Notes: generated by a model from the letters alone, not told the origin. Shown: positions 1 to 9,280, counted from the first letter of the stretch. The stretch: DNA of 32,000 bases from Candidatus Nanopusillus sp. (GCA_049414405.1 JBMSAQ010000015.1:60001-92000); one strand, 5' to 3'. Made by a program: numbers and translations.

Positions 1-37
1 CCTGTCTTTTAATCATTGGGATAATTTATTTATTGGA

Positions 38-904
38 TTGAGTAATTTATTTTTCTCAATAATCTATACAATAATTTCATATTTTATATTTTTATTTGTA
101 TTTAATTTAGTTTCATCATTTTATGGTTTATATATTTATCTAGATAATGTAATTGCAGAATTAAAAATATCATTTTATAAAAAGGAATCTTATACATTTT
201 TTTATTATCTGCTAATTATTTTGGAAATAATTTTGTTTTTTATATTTAGACATAACTTATTTTTATACGTCATTATATCTATTTTTGTAATATTGTTCTT
301 TTATAATTATATAAAACAACTAAAAATAAAGAGTTCAAAGAGTGAACAACTAAATTTTACATATATAAAGAGACATAATCTAAGTTATATAATTACAATT
401 ATAGTATCAATACTTACACTGGGATTGTTTGTTCCAGTAGTATTTTCCATGAAACCAATAGTAATAGAATATAAAAGACTTGGAAGAAGTAAAAATATAG
501 AAGTAAGAAATGATGAATTATTAAGGATATTTCTACTTTCTATATTATTATTATGGATAATATATTCATCAATAAAATATATATCACATTATTCAACACT
601 ATTATATGGTTTTGTTTATTATTTCTTTAATTTCTTATTCTTCTTTACATATATATCAATAATACCAATAGGAATATTATTGTCCCCATATTTATCAATT
701 AGAAGGGGATATGTATATTCCAATAAATTTATTGGAGATATATTAATATTATCAAATACACCATTTTATATTGCATCTATTGTAACTATTGCTCTATTAC
801 CAATGTTTTCAATAATATTTACTCCATTAGAAGTAATACTATTTTCTCTAGCTATATTCTCTATAATATGGATAAGGAAGCAATTTGATGTCCTAACAAA
901 ATGA
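38..904 (+). CDS. Polytopic integral membrane protein, no family assigned (possibly 5'-truncated by the window edge)
   Basis: 288-aa ORF made of repeated 18-25 residue I/L/F-rich hydrophobic segments. The listed start is TTG and the frame stays open back to base 2, so the real start may lie upstream of the window. Confidence 0.45.
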   Translation: MSNLFFSIIYTIISYFIFLFVFNLVSSFYGLYIYLDNVIAELKISFYKKESYTFFYYLLIILEIILFFIFRHNLFLYVIISIFVILFFYNYIKQLKIKSSKSEQLNFTYIKRHNLSYIITIIVSILTLGLFVPVVFSMKPIVIEYKRLGRSKNIEVRNDELLRIFLLSILLLWIIYSSIKYISHYSTLLYGFVYYFFNFLFFFTYISIIPIGILLSPYLSIRRGYVYSNKFIGDILILSNTPFYIASIVTIALLPMFSIIFTPLEVILFSLAIFSIIWIRKQFDVLTK

Positions 905-974
905 TATAAAAATTATTTTAAGGATTATATTCATTGATCAATAGTAAAAAATTGATAATGCTTAAAAGGTTAAC

Positions 975-982
975 TTTATAAA
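975..982 (+). promoter_or_regulatory. Candidate TATA box for tfb (leaderless arrangement)
   Basis: TTTATAAA is centred about 25-26 nt upstream of the ATG at 1004, and there is no Shine-Dalgarno sequence. TATA-like strings are frequent in this AT-rich DNA, so this is weak on its own. Confidence 0.35.
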
Positions 983-1003
983 CATAATATTTAAAAGTTT
1001 ATT

Positions 1004-1930
1004 ATGGTCCAAAAGCTCATAAAAAATCCAGAATTAAAATGTCTAGCATGTGGAAGTACAGAATTTATATACAATGAAAAGACAGCAGAGTTAGTATGTG
1101 CAAAATGTGGTTATGTAATTGAAGAAGTTCCATATCTGGGAAAGGAATATAGGACAATAAATTCAGAAGATGCAGAAAAATTATCAAGAACTGGTAGTGC
1201 AATGAGATATGCCAACATACCAAGTATGATATCAACAGAAATCGGAAAGGTAGAATCTGAAGACGAAGATATCTCATTATCTAAAAAGCTGAAAAAATGG
1301 CAACAGAGGTCTACAAGTTCTTATGAAAGAAATTTAAAGTTAGCACAACAAGAGTTAAGAAGAATTTCTTCATTCTTACAATTGCCAAAACAGGTAGAAG
1401 AAACAGCATTAAAATTATATTTAGATGCCGTTGAGAGAGGATTAATTAGAGGAAGATCTGTAGAAACAGTTATTGCTGCTTGTACCTATATATCATGTAG
1501 ATTACATGATGTTGCAAGAACAATAGATGAAATAGTTAAAGCATCAAACATACATAAAAAGGAATTGGGAAGAACATATAAACATTTATTACAGGCATTA
1601 AAGATAAAAATACAACCAATAGATGTTACAGAATATGTACATAGATTTTCATCATTATTAAGCTTACCACCAGAAGTTGTATCTACAGCAATAGAAATAG
1701 TTAATAAAGCAAAAGAATCTGATATAACCGCAGGTAGAGGTCCGGCGGGGGTTGCTGCGGCTGCAATATATTTAGCGTGTGTAAAGCATGGAATACAAAA
1801 GACACAAAAGGATATAGCAGAAGTTGCTGGAATAACTGAAGTTACAATAAGAAACAGATATAAAGAGATGTTAGAAAAATTAAGTCTTAAAGATATTGAA
1901 GCAAAAATGAATAGTATTGAAGAATGGTAA
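1004..1930 (+). CDS. tfb: Transcription initiation factor IIB (TFB)
   Basis: N-terminal zinc ribbon CLACGS...CAKCGYV, followed by two cyclin-fold repeats (RGRSVETVIAACTYISCR; AGRGPAGVAAAAIYLAC...TQKDIAEVAGITEVTIRNRYKE). The 308-aa length is typical. Confidence 0.95.
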   Translation: MVQKLIKNPELKCLACGSTEFIYNEKTAELVCAKCGYVIEEVPYLGKEYRTINSEDAEKLSRTGSAMRYANIPSMISTEIGKVESEDEDISLSKKLKKWQQRSTSSYERNLKLAQQELRRISSFLQLPKQVEETALKLYLDAVERGLIRGRSVETVIAACTYISCRLHDVARTIDEIVKASNIHKKELGRTYKHLLQALKIKIQPIDVTEYVHRFSSLLSLPPEVVSTAIEIVNKAKESDITAGRGPAGVAAAAIYLACVKHGIQKTQKDIAEVAGITEVTIRNRYKEMLEKLSLKDIEAKMNSIEEW

Positions 1931-2202
1931 TGCTACCAAAGGCACTAAAAGTCAAAAATAGATATATTTTGATAGATTTTTTTGATGAAAATAAATTAAA
2001 AAATGATTTTATTAAATATTTTGGATATATAAATTATTATGATTTACACTTAAATAAAATAGAAATAAATAAAAAAATAATTATATCTGTGAACAAAAAA
2101 CATTTGTACAAAATAATTTTTTTATTATATCTACAAAATATAAAAAATTTCAAAATATTTAAAACATTAAAAGGTGCAAAATCTTTTTTAAATATATCTT
2201 AA
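1924..2202 (+). CDS. rnp2: RNase P protein component 2 (Pop5-like), unusually short
   Basis: N-terminal LPKALKVKNRYILIDFF resembles the Pop5 LPPTLR-KKRYIAF motif, and C-terminal KIFKTLKGAKSF resembles Pop5 IFRTLGVSGTIK. It holds the conserved position upstream of psmA and SBDS, as in the archaeal exosome/proteasome superoperon. Its start overlaps the tfb stop. At 92 aa it is shorter than the roughly 120 aa typical of the family. Confidence 0.55.
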   Translation: MVMLPKALKVKNRYILIDFFDENKLKNDFIKYFGYINYYDLHLNKIEINKKIIISVNKKHLYKIIFLLYLQNIKNFKIFKTLKGAKSFLNIS

Positions 2203-2213
2203 ACCTTATCTTT

Positions 2214-2930
2214 ATGGAAACTGATATTGGACATTTTGGACCAATGGACAGAGGATGGGCAATATTTTCACCAGAAGGAAAATTGATATTAGTAGAATAT
2301 GCAAAACAGGCTGCAAAGGCTGGATCAACAGCAATTGGAATATGTACAAAAGATGGTGTATTGATACTTGCAGATAAAAAAATTCCAAGCAAATTAATTA
2401 TAACAGATTCTATTGAAAAAATTATGGAGATAGATGATCACATAATTGGAACATTTTCCGGATTCATACCAGATGGTAGAGTACTAATAGATTATGCAAG
2501 AGAAATTGCTCAACAACATAAACTACAATATGGAAAACAAATAGATATAGAATTATTAGTAAGGGAAATAAGTGATATAATGCAATCTTATACAAGATTT
2601 GGTGGTATAAGACCTTTTGCTGTATCATTAATAGTTGGTGGAATAGATAAAAATGGTGAACCAAAATTGTTTTCATTAGATCCTTCAGGAATATTCTATA
2701 GATATAAAGCTGTTGTAATTGGAGAGGGTGAAGATAAGATTACGCCAATATTGGAAGAAAGATATAAAGAAATGAATTTAGATGAAGCAATCAAATTTGG
2801 AATAGATGTATTAAAAGAATATTTAGGAAATAATTTTGCATATGAGAGATTAATATTGTCCTATGTAAAGAAAGATGAAAAAGTTAGAACATTTGAAAAT
2901 CATAAAATAAAAGAACTATATGAAGAATAA
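2214..2930 (+). CDS. psmA: Proteasome subunit alpha
   Basis: DRGWAIFSPEGKLILVEYAKQAAKAGSTAIGI matches the alpha-subunit signature (YDR-ITVFSPEGRLYQVEYA). 238 aa. Confidence 0.93.
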   Translation: METDIGHFGPMDRGWAIFSPEGKLILVEYAKQAAKAGSTAIGICTKDGVLILADKKIPSKLIITDSIEKIMEIDDHIIGTFSGFIPDGRVLIDYAREIAQQHKLQYGKQIDIELLVREISDIMQSYTRFGGIRPFAVSLIVGGIDKNGEPKLFSLDPSGIFYRYKAVVIGEGEDKITPILEERYKEMNLDEAIKFGIDVLKEYLGNNFAYERLILSYVKKDEKVRTFENHKIKELYEE

Positions 2931-3609
2931 AGATACAGAAATAAGTATAAAATATAAGAAAGAAGGTTATAATTTTGAGATAATTGTATATCTAAGAAAG
3001 GCTTTTGAATATAAAGAAGGGAAAATAAAAGATATAAGAGAAGTATTGGCTGTAAAAGAAATTTTTAAAGATTCCAAAAAGGGAGAAAGGATATCAAGCG
3101 AATCTTTAAAGAAAGCTTTCGGAACTACAGATATTCTTGAAGTTGCTAAAGAAATATTAGAAAATTCTGAAATTCCATTACCAACAGAATATAAGAGAGA
3201 GTTGATTGAAGAAAAGAAAAAACAAATTATCGAATATATAAGAAAAATAGCATATGATAGCAAAAATAATATGCCATTAACATATGAAAGAGCAAAGGAA
3301 CTATTTGAAATGGTAAAATATAATGTAGATATAAATAAACCAATAGAAAAACAAGCTGAAGAAGTTTTAAAAGAAATAAGAAAGAAATATCCATTAAAAA
3401 TAGAATATAAAAATATAAAACTCATAGTATATCCAAACAGATCCAAAATAATAGGAATAATAAAAAATAAATATAAAATTATAAAAGAAAATTGGGGTGA
3501 AACTTATGAAGCAATATTAGAAATCCCAATTGGATTATTATCAGAATTTTATTCAGATATAGGAAAATTGTGTGGAGATGATTGCATAGTTGAAGAAATA
3601 AAAAAATAA
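2920..3609 (+). CDS. SBDS-family ribosome maturation protein (Sdo1 homolog)
   Basis: The N-terminal FYSH-like region (YKKEGYNFEIIV...GKIKDIREVLAVKEIFKDSKKGERISSESLKKAFGTTD) and the 229-aa length fit the family. It sits immediately after psmA with an 11-nt overlap. Confidence 0.85.
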   Translation: MKNKDTEISIKYKKEGYNFEIIVYLRKAFEYKEGKIKDIREVLAVKEIFKDSKKGERISSESLKKAFGTTDILEVAKEILENSEIPLPTEYKRELIEEKKKQIIEYIRKIAYDSKNNMPLTYERAKELFEMVKYNVDINKPIEKQAEEVLKEIRKKYPLKIEYKNIKLIVYPNRSKIIGIIKNKYKIIKENWGETYEAILEIPIGLLSEFYSDIGKLCGDDCIVEEIKK

Positions 3610-4248
3610 TTATTGGGATTTTCCTTTATCTTCACCTCCTTTTCCACCTTCAGAACTAAAACCAGTACTAGAGAATATCAAAAATATTCCTATTAAAATA
3701 AAAAATATCATTGCAAATAATATATAAGGATTAAAAGTTATTGTATAAATTTGTGCTTGTGGAGACGTACCAAAAGTTATTGATAAAAAATAATCTTGAT
3801 ATGCATAATACATTGATAATAAAGCAAATATGATAATAAATATTAATAGCATTATTGGTGGTACAAGTCTGGCGCTACTTCGTTTTCCTTCACCCGAAGA
3901 TGTTCTTTTTTCTATTGATTCAAATACTTTACCACTCGTTAAGAAAGCTGCCATGAGTATAAAGAAAAATAATACTAGAATCATCGAAACTATAAAAGAT
4001 ATAAAATATTGTGTATATAACACAAAGCCAGTAAATGTTGTTAATAAGAACGATGCAGAAGTTGATATAATAAATGCTAATATATTATTTATATCTTTTT
4101 TCCCCTCTTTTTCATCTTTTCCCCCAATGCTATCTAGCAAAAATTTTATTAAAAAATACAATATTCCAAAATAGAATAGAAAAACAAATATTAAGTTTAT
4201 CCCCAACATATTTACTAGGTTTATTATAAAATCTGCAAATGATGCCAT
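3610..4248 (-). CDS. Integral membrane protein, unknown function
   Basis: 212 aa with about 5 hydrophobic helices, a charged loop (GGKDEKEGKKD) and a G/K/E-rich tail. Its stop abuts the SBDS stop with a 0-nt gap. Confidence 0.5.
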   Translation of the reverse strand: MASFADFIINLVNMLGINLIFVFLFYFGILYFLIKFLLDSIGGKDEKEGKKDINNILAFIISTSASFLLTTFTGFVLYTQYFISFIVSMILVLFFFILMAAFLTSGKVFESIEKRTSSGEGKRSSARLVPPIMLLIFIIIFALLSMYYAYQDYFLSITFGTSPQAQIYTITFNPYILFAMIFFILIGIFLIFSSTGFSSEGGKGGEDKGKSQ

Positions 4249-4281
4249 ATATCAAAATTGATTTTTATTACTTTTAAATTA

Positions 4282-5901
4282 TTACATAGAGTCGTAAATA
4301 TTTATATATTCATTTATATTATTTTTCCAATCAAATTTCTTAGATATATCATACATTTGCTTTTTTATTTCCATTTTTTCATATAAATCTAAATTATAAT
4401 ATTGTAAAAATTTATTATATATGAATTCTTTATCCAAACTATGTGGATCTATACTAATTATATATTCATGATTTATATTTTTACTTATTAAATTTCTATA
4501 AAATCCTGTTTTATTGGATAAAACAATCGGAATAAAATTATTCAATGCTTCTAAAGGTGTGTATCCATAAGGTTCATACCTTGATAAAAATATGCCAAAA
4601 TCAAATACTGGTAATATATATTCCAGATCCAAACTAAATAATACATCATTTCCAAGATAAACTGGAACATATATAACTTTTACATAATTATTTCTATCAT
4701 TATTTAAATTATTTTCTCTTAATTTCTCAATTATGATATTACTTTCCACATCATGAGTATATATTGGTGGATTCTTATTCTTCATTCTGCCTAATTTATC
4801 TAATATGTTTTTTCCATTATATAAAGATCTTATGATTAAATGTATGTTTTCTTCTATATTTTCCTTCAATTTAATATACTCTTTGTAAGATCTAATTATA
4901 TCGCTATTTTGTCCTTTAATATTGTAAGGGACAAAAATAAATGCAATAGTATTTAATCTATTTTCGTCCAAGTATTTTAATAAATCAATAAATAGATCTA
5001 GACCCTTATTATATGGCTCATATCTACCAATTGTATATATCAATAAATATTTTTCTGGTAGATCATAATATGGATAAAAATACCAGGTCAAGAATTCATC
5101 CATCCATTTCTTTGAAACTTTATAATAATTAAATAACTCTTTTTCCTTTACGTTTATATAATTATATGTTATATAATCTGATTTTCTCCTATATATTTTA
5201 TATGCTTCTTCCCCCAAATTATCAGATACTACTGTAAATATATCAGAATTTAATATTGCTTGCTTTTCCAATTGATATTTTGAATTTATTCCTAATCTAT
5301 ATGAATCTTTATCTGGATCTATAATATCCAATGCCTTCCCCACATTTACATTTTTTTCAGATAAAGTTCTTCCAATAACTGTTCCATGAATCGTTAATAT
5401 TGTCTTATAATTTAAATTATTTTTCTTTATATATAATATTGTACCTCCAGACAGCCATTCATGCGCATGTAATATTTTTTTCTCATTAAAATATTTATCT
5501 AACTTTTCTAAAAATATACCAACGGCAACAGACCATAACAATGGTTCATCAAAAGTAAAGTCCGAATTTAAAGAATCTATTTTATACCATTCCCAATATT
5601 TATATTTCCATAAATTTCTTTCTTTATTGAAAAATTCATCAAATTCTATTAGGAATACATTTGGTTTTGATTCAATATTCCAATATCCATAATGTACTTT
5701 AATCCCATCTAATTGATAGTTTATTTCTTTTATATAACTTGGAGGATATAATTCAATAAATTCTGAACTATTTTTATATGGACCTATCAGAAAATATTTA
5801 TCATTATACTTTTCTTTTATATACTTTGCCTTAGTATACAATACTGTATATATTCCTCCCACTTTATTGCATACTTCCCAAGATTGTTCAAATAACATCA
5901 T
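4282..5901 (-). CDS. Glycogen (starch) synthase, eukaryote-type GT3 family
   Basis: LFEQSWEVCNKVGGIYTVLYTKAKYI..YFLIGPY matches the GT3 N-terminus (FE-A-EVANKVGGIYTV...IGP). Further collinear motifs are HAHEWLSGG, TIHGTVIGR, IGRYEPYNKGLDLFI, PPIYTHDV and SRYEPYGYTPLEA. Confidence 0.88.
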   Translation of the reverse strand: MMLFEQSWEVCNKVGGIYTVLYTKAKYIKEKYNDKYFLIGPYKNSSEFIELYPPSYIKEINYQLDGIKVHYGYWNIESKPNVFLIEFDEFFNKERNLWKYKYWEWYKIDSLNSDFTFDEPLLWSVAVGIFLEKLDKYFNEKKILHAHEWLSGGTILYIKKNNLNYKTILTIHGTVIGRTLSEKNVNVGKALDIIDPDKDSYRLGINSKYQLEKQAILNSDIFTVVSDNLGEEAYKIYRRKSDYITYNYINVKEKELFNYYKVSKKWMDEFLTWYFYPYYDLPEKYLLIYTIGRYEPYNKGLDLFIDLLKYLDENRLNTIAFIFVPYNIKGQNSDIIRSYKEYIKLKENIEENIHLIIRSLYNGKNILDKLGRMKNKNPPIYTHDVESNIIIEKLRENNLNNDRNNYVKVIYVPVYLGNDVLFSLDLEYILPVFDFGIFLSRYEPYGYTPLEALNNFIPIVLSNKTGFYRNLISKNINHEYIISIDPHSLDKEFIYNKFLQYYNLDLYEKMEIKKQMYDISKKFDWKNNINEYINIYDSM

Positions 5902-6560
5902 CTAAATATAATATCAAATATACTTCTCTTCCTTTTATCACCAGTTATACAATATGCTAGCTCATCTATATATTTTAATGCTTTTGATCTTTCATTATAA
6001 AATACAATAGGTTGATATTGAAATTGATAATTAATAAAGTCTTTAATTATTGGAATAACTGTATATATTTCTTTCTTAAATACATCTTCTATAAAGTCTA
6101 TTTCAATACTCTTATCATATTTATTTAATACTATTTTAACCTTATTTTTATCTAAAAGATCGTGTAATTTTTTATTTACATATAAAGAATAGAAATCTGG
6201 ATTTATTACTAAGAAGTTTATATCTGATATTTTTTCAATACTTAGTATATAATTTATGTTTGGAAGTGCATCAAAGATAATTACATCATAATATCTTTTC
6301 AAATAATTTAAATCATTAATACTAAAATCTAAATTATCTATAATTTTTAAATGAAAATATGGTAATACCTTTATTCCTTGATATACCTTATTTCCAAACA
6401 ATTTTTCATTATTTAAAAATATTAAATTTGAAGAATATATTCCGTTTGTATCTATTATTAATGCTTTATAGTTATATTCCTTCTTTAAATATGCTGCAAG
6501 ATTGTTTGCCAATGTTGTTTTTCCAACTCCCCCCTTTAATGATAGAAAAGATATTATCAT
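5898..6560 (-). CDS. ParA/MinD-family P-loop ATPase (deviant Walker A)
   Basis: SLKGGVGKTTLANNLAAYL is a deviant Walker A with the signature lysine, LIIDTN is an A' box, and VIIFDALP is a Walker B. There is no CxxC pair, which argues against Mrp/NBP35. The basic/hydrophobic C-tail is KRKRSIFDIIFR. ATGA overlaps occur on both sides. Confidence 0.85.
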   Translation of the reverse strand: MIISFLSLKGGVGKTTLANNLAAYLKKEYNYKALIIDTNGIYSSNLIFLNNEKLFGNKVYQGIKVLPYFHLKIIDNLDFSINDLNYLKRYYDVIIFDALPNINYILSIEKISDINFLVINPDFYSLYVNKKLHDLLDKNKVKIVLNKYDKSIEIDFIEDVFKKEIYTVIPIIKDFINYQFQYQPIVFYNERSKALKYIDELAYCITGDKRKRSIFDIIFR

Positions 6561-6871
6561 AATCCTAATAATTTTGAAAATTTTATTTCAGCTTCTTCTT
6601 TTGAAAGTTTTTTCTTTACATGTACTTCATGAGCTTTTAAGAAATTTCCTATAATTTTTATATATTCATCTTTATCTTTTGTTTCCATTATCTTTTCATA
6701 TAAAACTTCCTCTTTTAATGCATTTTTTATCCATTCTGGAAAGTGATCCTTATGATAATTAAATTTGTCATAATCCGCATTATATAACCAAATTAATAGA
6801 TCTTGAAGACTATATAGTTTTTGTCCATCAATAGTAATAAATGCTTCTTTTTCATTATCAACTTCAATCAT
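6557..6871 (-). CDS. Small soluble protein of unknown function, first gene of the ParA-GT3 operon
   Basis: 104-aa ORF with a charged, K/E-rich helical C-terminus and no hydrophobic segment. Its stop overlaps the ParA-like start (ATGA). I could not assign a family. Confidence 0.5.
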   Translation of the reverse strand: MIEVDNEKEAFITIDGQKLYSLQDLLIWLYNADYDKFNYHKDHFPEWIKNALKEEVLYEKIMETKDKDEYIKIIGNFLKAHEVHVKKKLSKEEAEIKFSKLLGL

Positions 6872-6907
6872 ATTAAATTTTATATTTTATATCTTTAAAA
6901 AATATTT

Positions 6908-8083
6908 ATGACTGGTATTGTATTTTATTTCCATGCGCATCAGCCAAGAAGAATAAGATATTATTCTTTTTTTGATATAGGATCAAAAAATTATTTCAAC
7001 GATGATCTAAATAAAAGGATATTAGATAGAGTTGTATATAAATGTTATAAACCAGCATTAGAAATGATATACGATAATATCATAAAGTACGATATAAAAG
7101 TATCATTTTCAATTTCTGGAACATTAGTTGAACAATTAGAATTATATCATCCAGAAATTCTAGAACTATGGAAAAAATTAATAGATACAGGAAATGTAGA
7201 AATTGTATCAGAAACATATTATCATTCATTAGCATATTTAATTGATAAAGATGAATTTATTAATCAAATAAAATTACATAGAAAAAAAATAAAGGAAATA
7301 TTTAATTATAAATCTAGAAGCTTTAGGAATTTTGAACTTGTATTTAATAACGAAATTGGAGAAATTGTATATTCTTTAGGATATAAAGTAACATTGACTG
7401 AAGGAACTGAAAAAATTTTAGGAAATAGGAGTCCAAATTATGTATATAAATTAAAAATAAATAATTTAAGGCTATTATTAAGAAATTATAGATTATCTGA
7501 TGATATAGGATTTAGGTTTACAAATAAGAACTGGTTAGAATATCCATTAACTGCAGATAAATACTATTTATGGTTAAAGAACACTCCTGGGGATATAATA
7601 AATATATTTATGGATTTTGAAACAATAGGGGAACATATATGGAAAGAATCTGGAATATTTGAATTTTGGAACAAGCTATTTGAATATATTGGAAAAGAAA
7701 AATATTTTGAAACATATAATATAACTGAAGCTGTTGAAGAATTTAATTATAAAGATGAATTGGATATACCTGAACTAATATCATGGGCAGATATTGAAAG
7801 AGATCTATCTGCATGGATTGGAGATAGTATACAAAGAGAAGCTTTAGATTATTTAAGAGAACTATATAAAAAGTTTAAAAATGACGAAAAAACATTAAAT
7901 ATATTGAGATATTTATCAACTTCCGATAATTTCTATTATATGAGTCTAAAATATAATAGCGATGGTGATGTACATAAATATTTTAGGGAAGAGGCTTTTG
8001 CAACCCCTTATGATTCTTTTATATCGTATATGAACATTTTAAGAGATATAGAATTAGACCAAACTATTGAAAATAGAAATTAA
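6908..8083 (+). CDS. Glycoside hydrolase family 57 enzyme (alpha-amylase-like)
   Basis: The N-terminal FYFHAHQPRR (GH57 HQP region), GNVEIVSETYYH and MDFETIGEH resemble conserved GH57 regions. 391 aa. Confidence 0.8.
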   Translation: MTGIVFYFHAHQPRRIRYYSFFDIGSKNYFNDDLNKRILDRVVYKCYKPALEMIYDNIIKYDIKVSFSISGTLVEQLELYHPEILELWKKLIDTGNVEIVSETYYHSLAYLIDKDEFINQIKLHRKKIKEIFNYKSRSFRNFELVFNNEIGEIVYSLGYKVTLTEGTEKILGNRSPNYVYKLKINNLRLLLRNYRLSDDIGFRFTNKNWLEYPLTADKYYLWLKNTPGDIINIFMDFETIGEHIWKESGIFEFWNKLFEYIGKEKYFETYNITEAVEEFNYKDELDIPELISWADIERDLSAWIGDSIQREALDYLRELYKKFKNDEKTLNILRYLSTSDNFYYMSLKYNSDGDVHKYFREEAFATPYDSFISYMNILRDIELDQTIENRN

Positions 8084-9250
8084 TTTCTCTACAGAATTTT
8101 TCCAAGATAAATTTTTTATATCATCCAAACATAACTTTATCTCATATTCTCCCAATTTTGGGTAATATAATAACGCCAATATATAATCTGCCATTTTATT
8201 TATATCCCAAAAGTCAACTGCTAATGCATTCTTCAATACTTCATATACTCCTGTTTGTTTTGATATTATAATAAAATCTTTATATTTTAAAGCTTCGAAT
8301 GGAGTTAAACCAAAAGGTTCTGATACAGATGGTAAAACAAATATATCTGCTATTGAGTATAAATATTCCGCTAAATCATCATCAACCCATCCAGTAAATA
8401 TTACATTTTTTGATATATTTAAATCTGCAGCCATTTTTATCAACTGTTCTAACATTTCTCCAGTTCCTGCAAATATAAATAGTACATCTTTTCTTTTTTC
8501 TAAAACTTTTTTTGCTGCTTTTAATAAATAATCTGGACCTTTATGCATTGTCATCCTTCCAAGATATAATACTATTTTATATTTTTCTTTTATTTTACTA
8601 TTTACTTTTTCTCTTATATTAAAATCATCATCCTGAGCATTATATATCACATCAATTTTCTTCTCGTCACAATTATAATATTTTATCAGTATATCCTTCT
8701 CTCTCTTACTTACTACTATAATTTTATCCGCATATTTACAAACTTCCAATTCTATTCCATAGTCATAATCATATAAGTATTTTAATACATCCGGATTTCC
8801 TCCAACTCTATCATATACTAGAGAATGGAAATGAACAACCAGTGGCTTTTTGTATATTTTCTTTATTTCTATTCCTGCTAAAGCAGTCAACCAGTCATAT
8901 GCATATATTATATCAAAATCTAATTTCATTTTTTTCAATAAATCTATTAATTTATCTTTATATTCAATTACTGCCTTCTTATAGTCTATAATTTTCCTCT
9001 CATGTAAAGTAAAAGATTCATATTTAAAATAATCTACATACGATTGATATACTTTCATATTTAATCCAAAAATTTTTGAGTTCTTTAACCTATTATTCCA
9101 GAAAGATTTTACATCATCAGTCAGATTTAAAATGAATAAATAAACATTATTATTAAAATAATCAAGATATTTCAAATAATAATATGTTACTTTTTCTAAT
9201 CCGCCACCTTTCTGAGGAAATACTCTCCAAGATAAAAATAATATTTTCAT
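8054..9250 (-). CDS. GT-B glycosyltransferase, GT4/GT5 glycogen-synthase-like
   Basis: MKILFLSWRVFPQKGGGLEKV is a GlgA-like N-terminus, and PSVSEPFGLTPFEALKY is an E-x7-E type motif. 398 aa. Confidence 0.8.
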   Translation of the reverse strand: MKILFLSWRVFPQKGGGLEKVTYYYLKYLDYFNNNVYLFILNLTDDVKSFWNNRLKNSKIFGLNMKVYQSYVDYFKYESFTLHERKIIDYKKAVIEYKDKLIDLLKKMKLDFDIIYAYDWLTALAGIEIKKIYKKPLVVHFHSLVYDRVGGNPDVLKYLYDYDYGIELEVCKYADKIIVVSKREKDILIKYYNCDEKKIDVIYNAQDDDFNIREKVNSKIKEKYKIVLYLGRMTMHKGPDYLLKAAKKVLEKRKDVLFIFAGTGEMLEQLIKMAADLNISKNVIFTGWVDDDLAEYLYSIADIFVLPSVSEPFGLTPFEALKYKDFIIISKQTGVYEVLKNALAVDFWDINKMADYILALLYYPKLGEYEIKLCLDDIKNLSWKNSVEKLISIFNSLV

Positions 9251-9272
9251 AATTAAAAAATAAGAAAAATAA

Positions 9273-9280
9273 TTATAAAT
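9273..9280. promoter_or_regulatory. Candidate shared TATA element for divergent leaderless genes
   Basis: TTATAAAT lies in a 50-nt divergent spacer, about 25 nt from the ATG at 9301 (+) and about 26 nt from the start at 9250 (-). Confidence 0.3.

Noticed and set aside
1065-3446. Antisense ORFs in the track (1065-1277, 2159-2392, 2464-2676, 2967-3446)
   Set aside because: They lie opposite well-supported genes (tfb, psmA, SBDS). Their translations are low-complexity I/L/F/Y strings, typical of the reverse frames of AT-rich, K/E/N-rich coding DNA. No motifs or start context support them.
3830-6562. ORFs 3830-4174 (+) and 6359-6562 (+)
   Set aside because: They are antisense to a coherent membrane-protein gene and to the ParA-like gene. 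They have no independent support.
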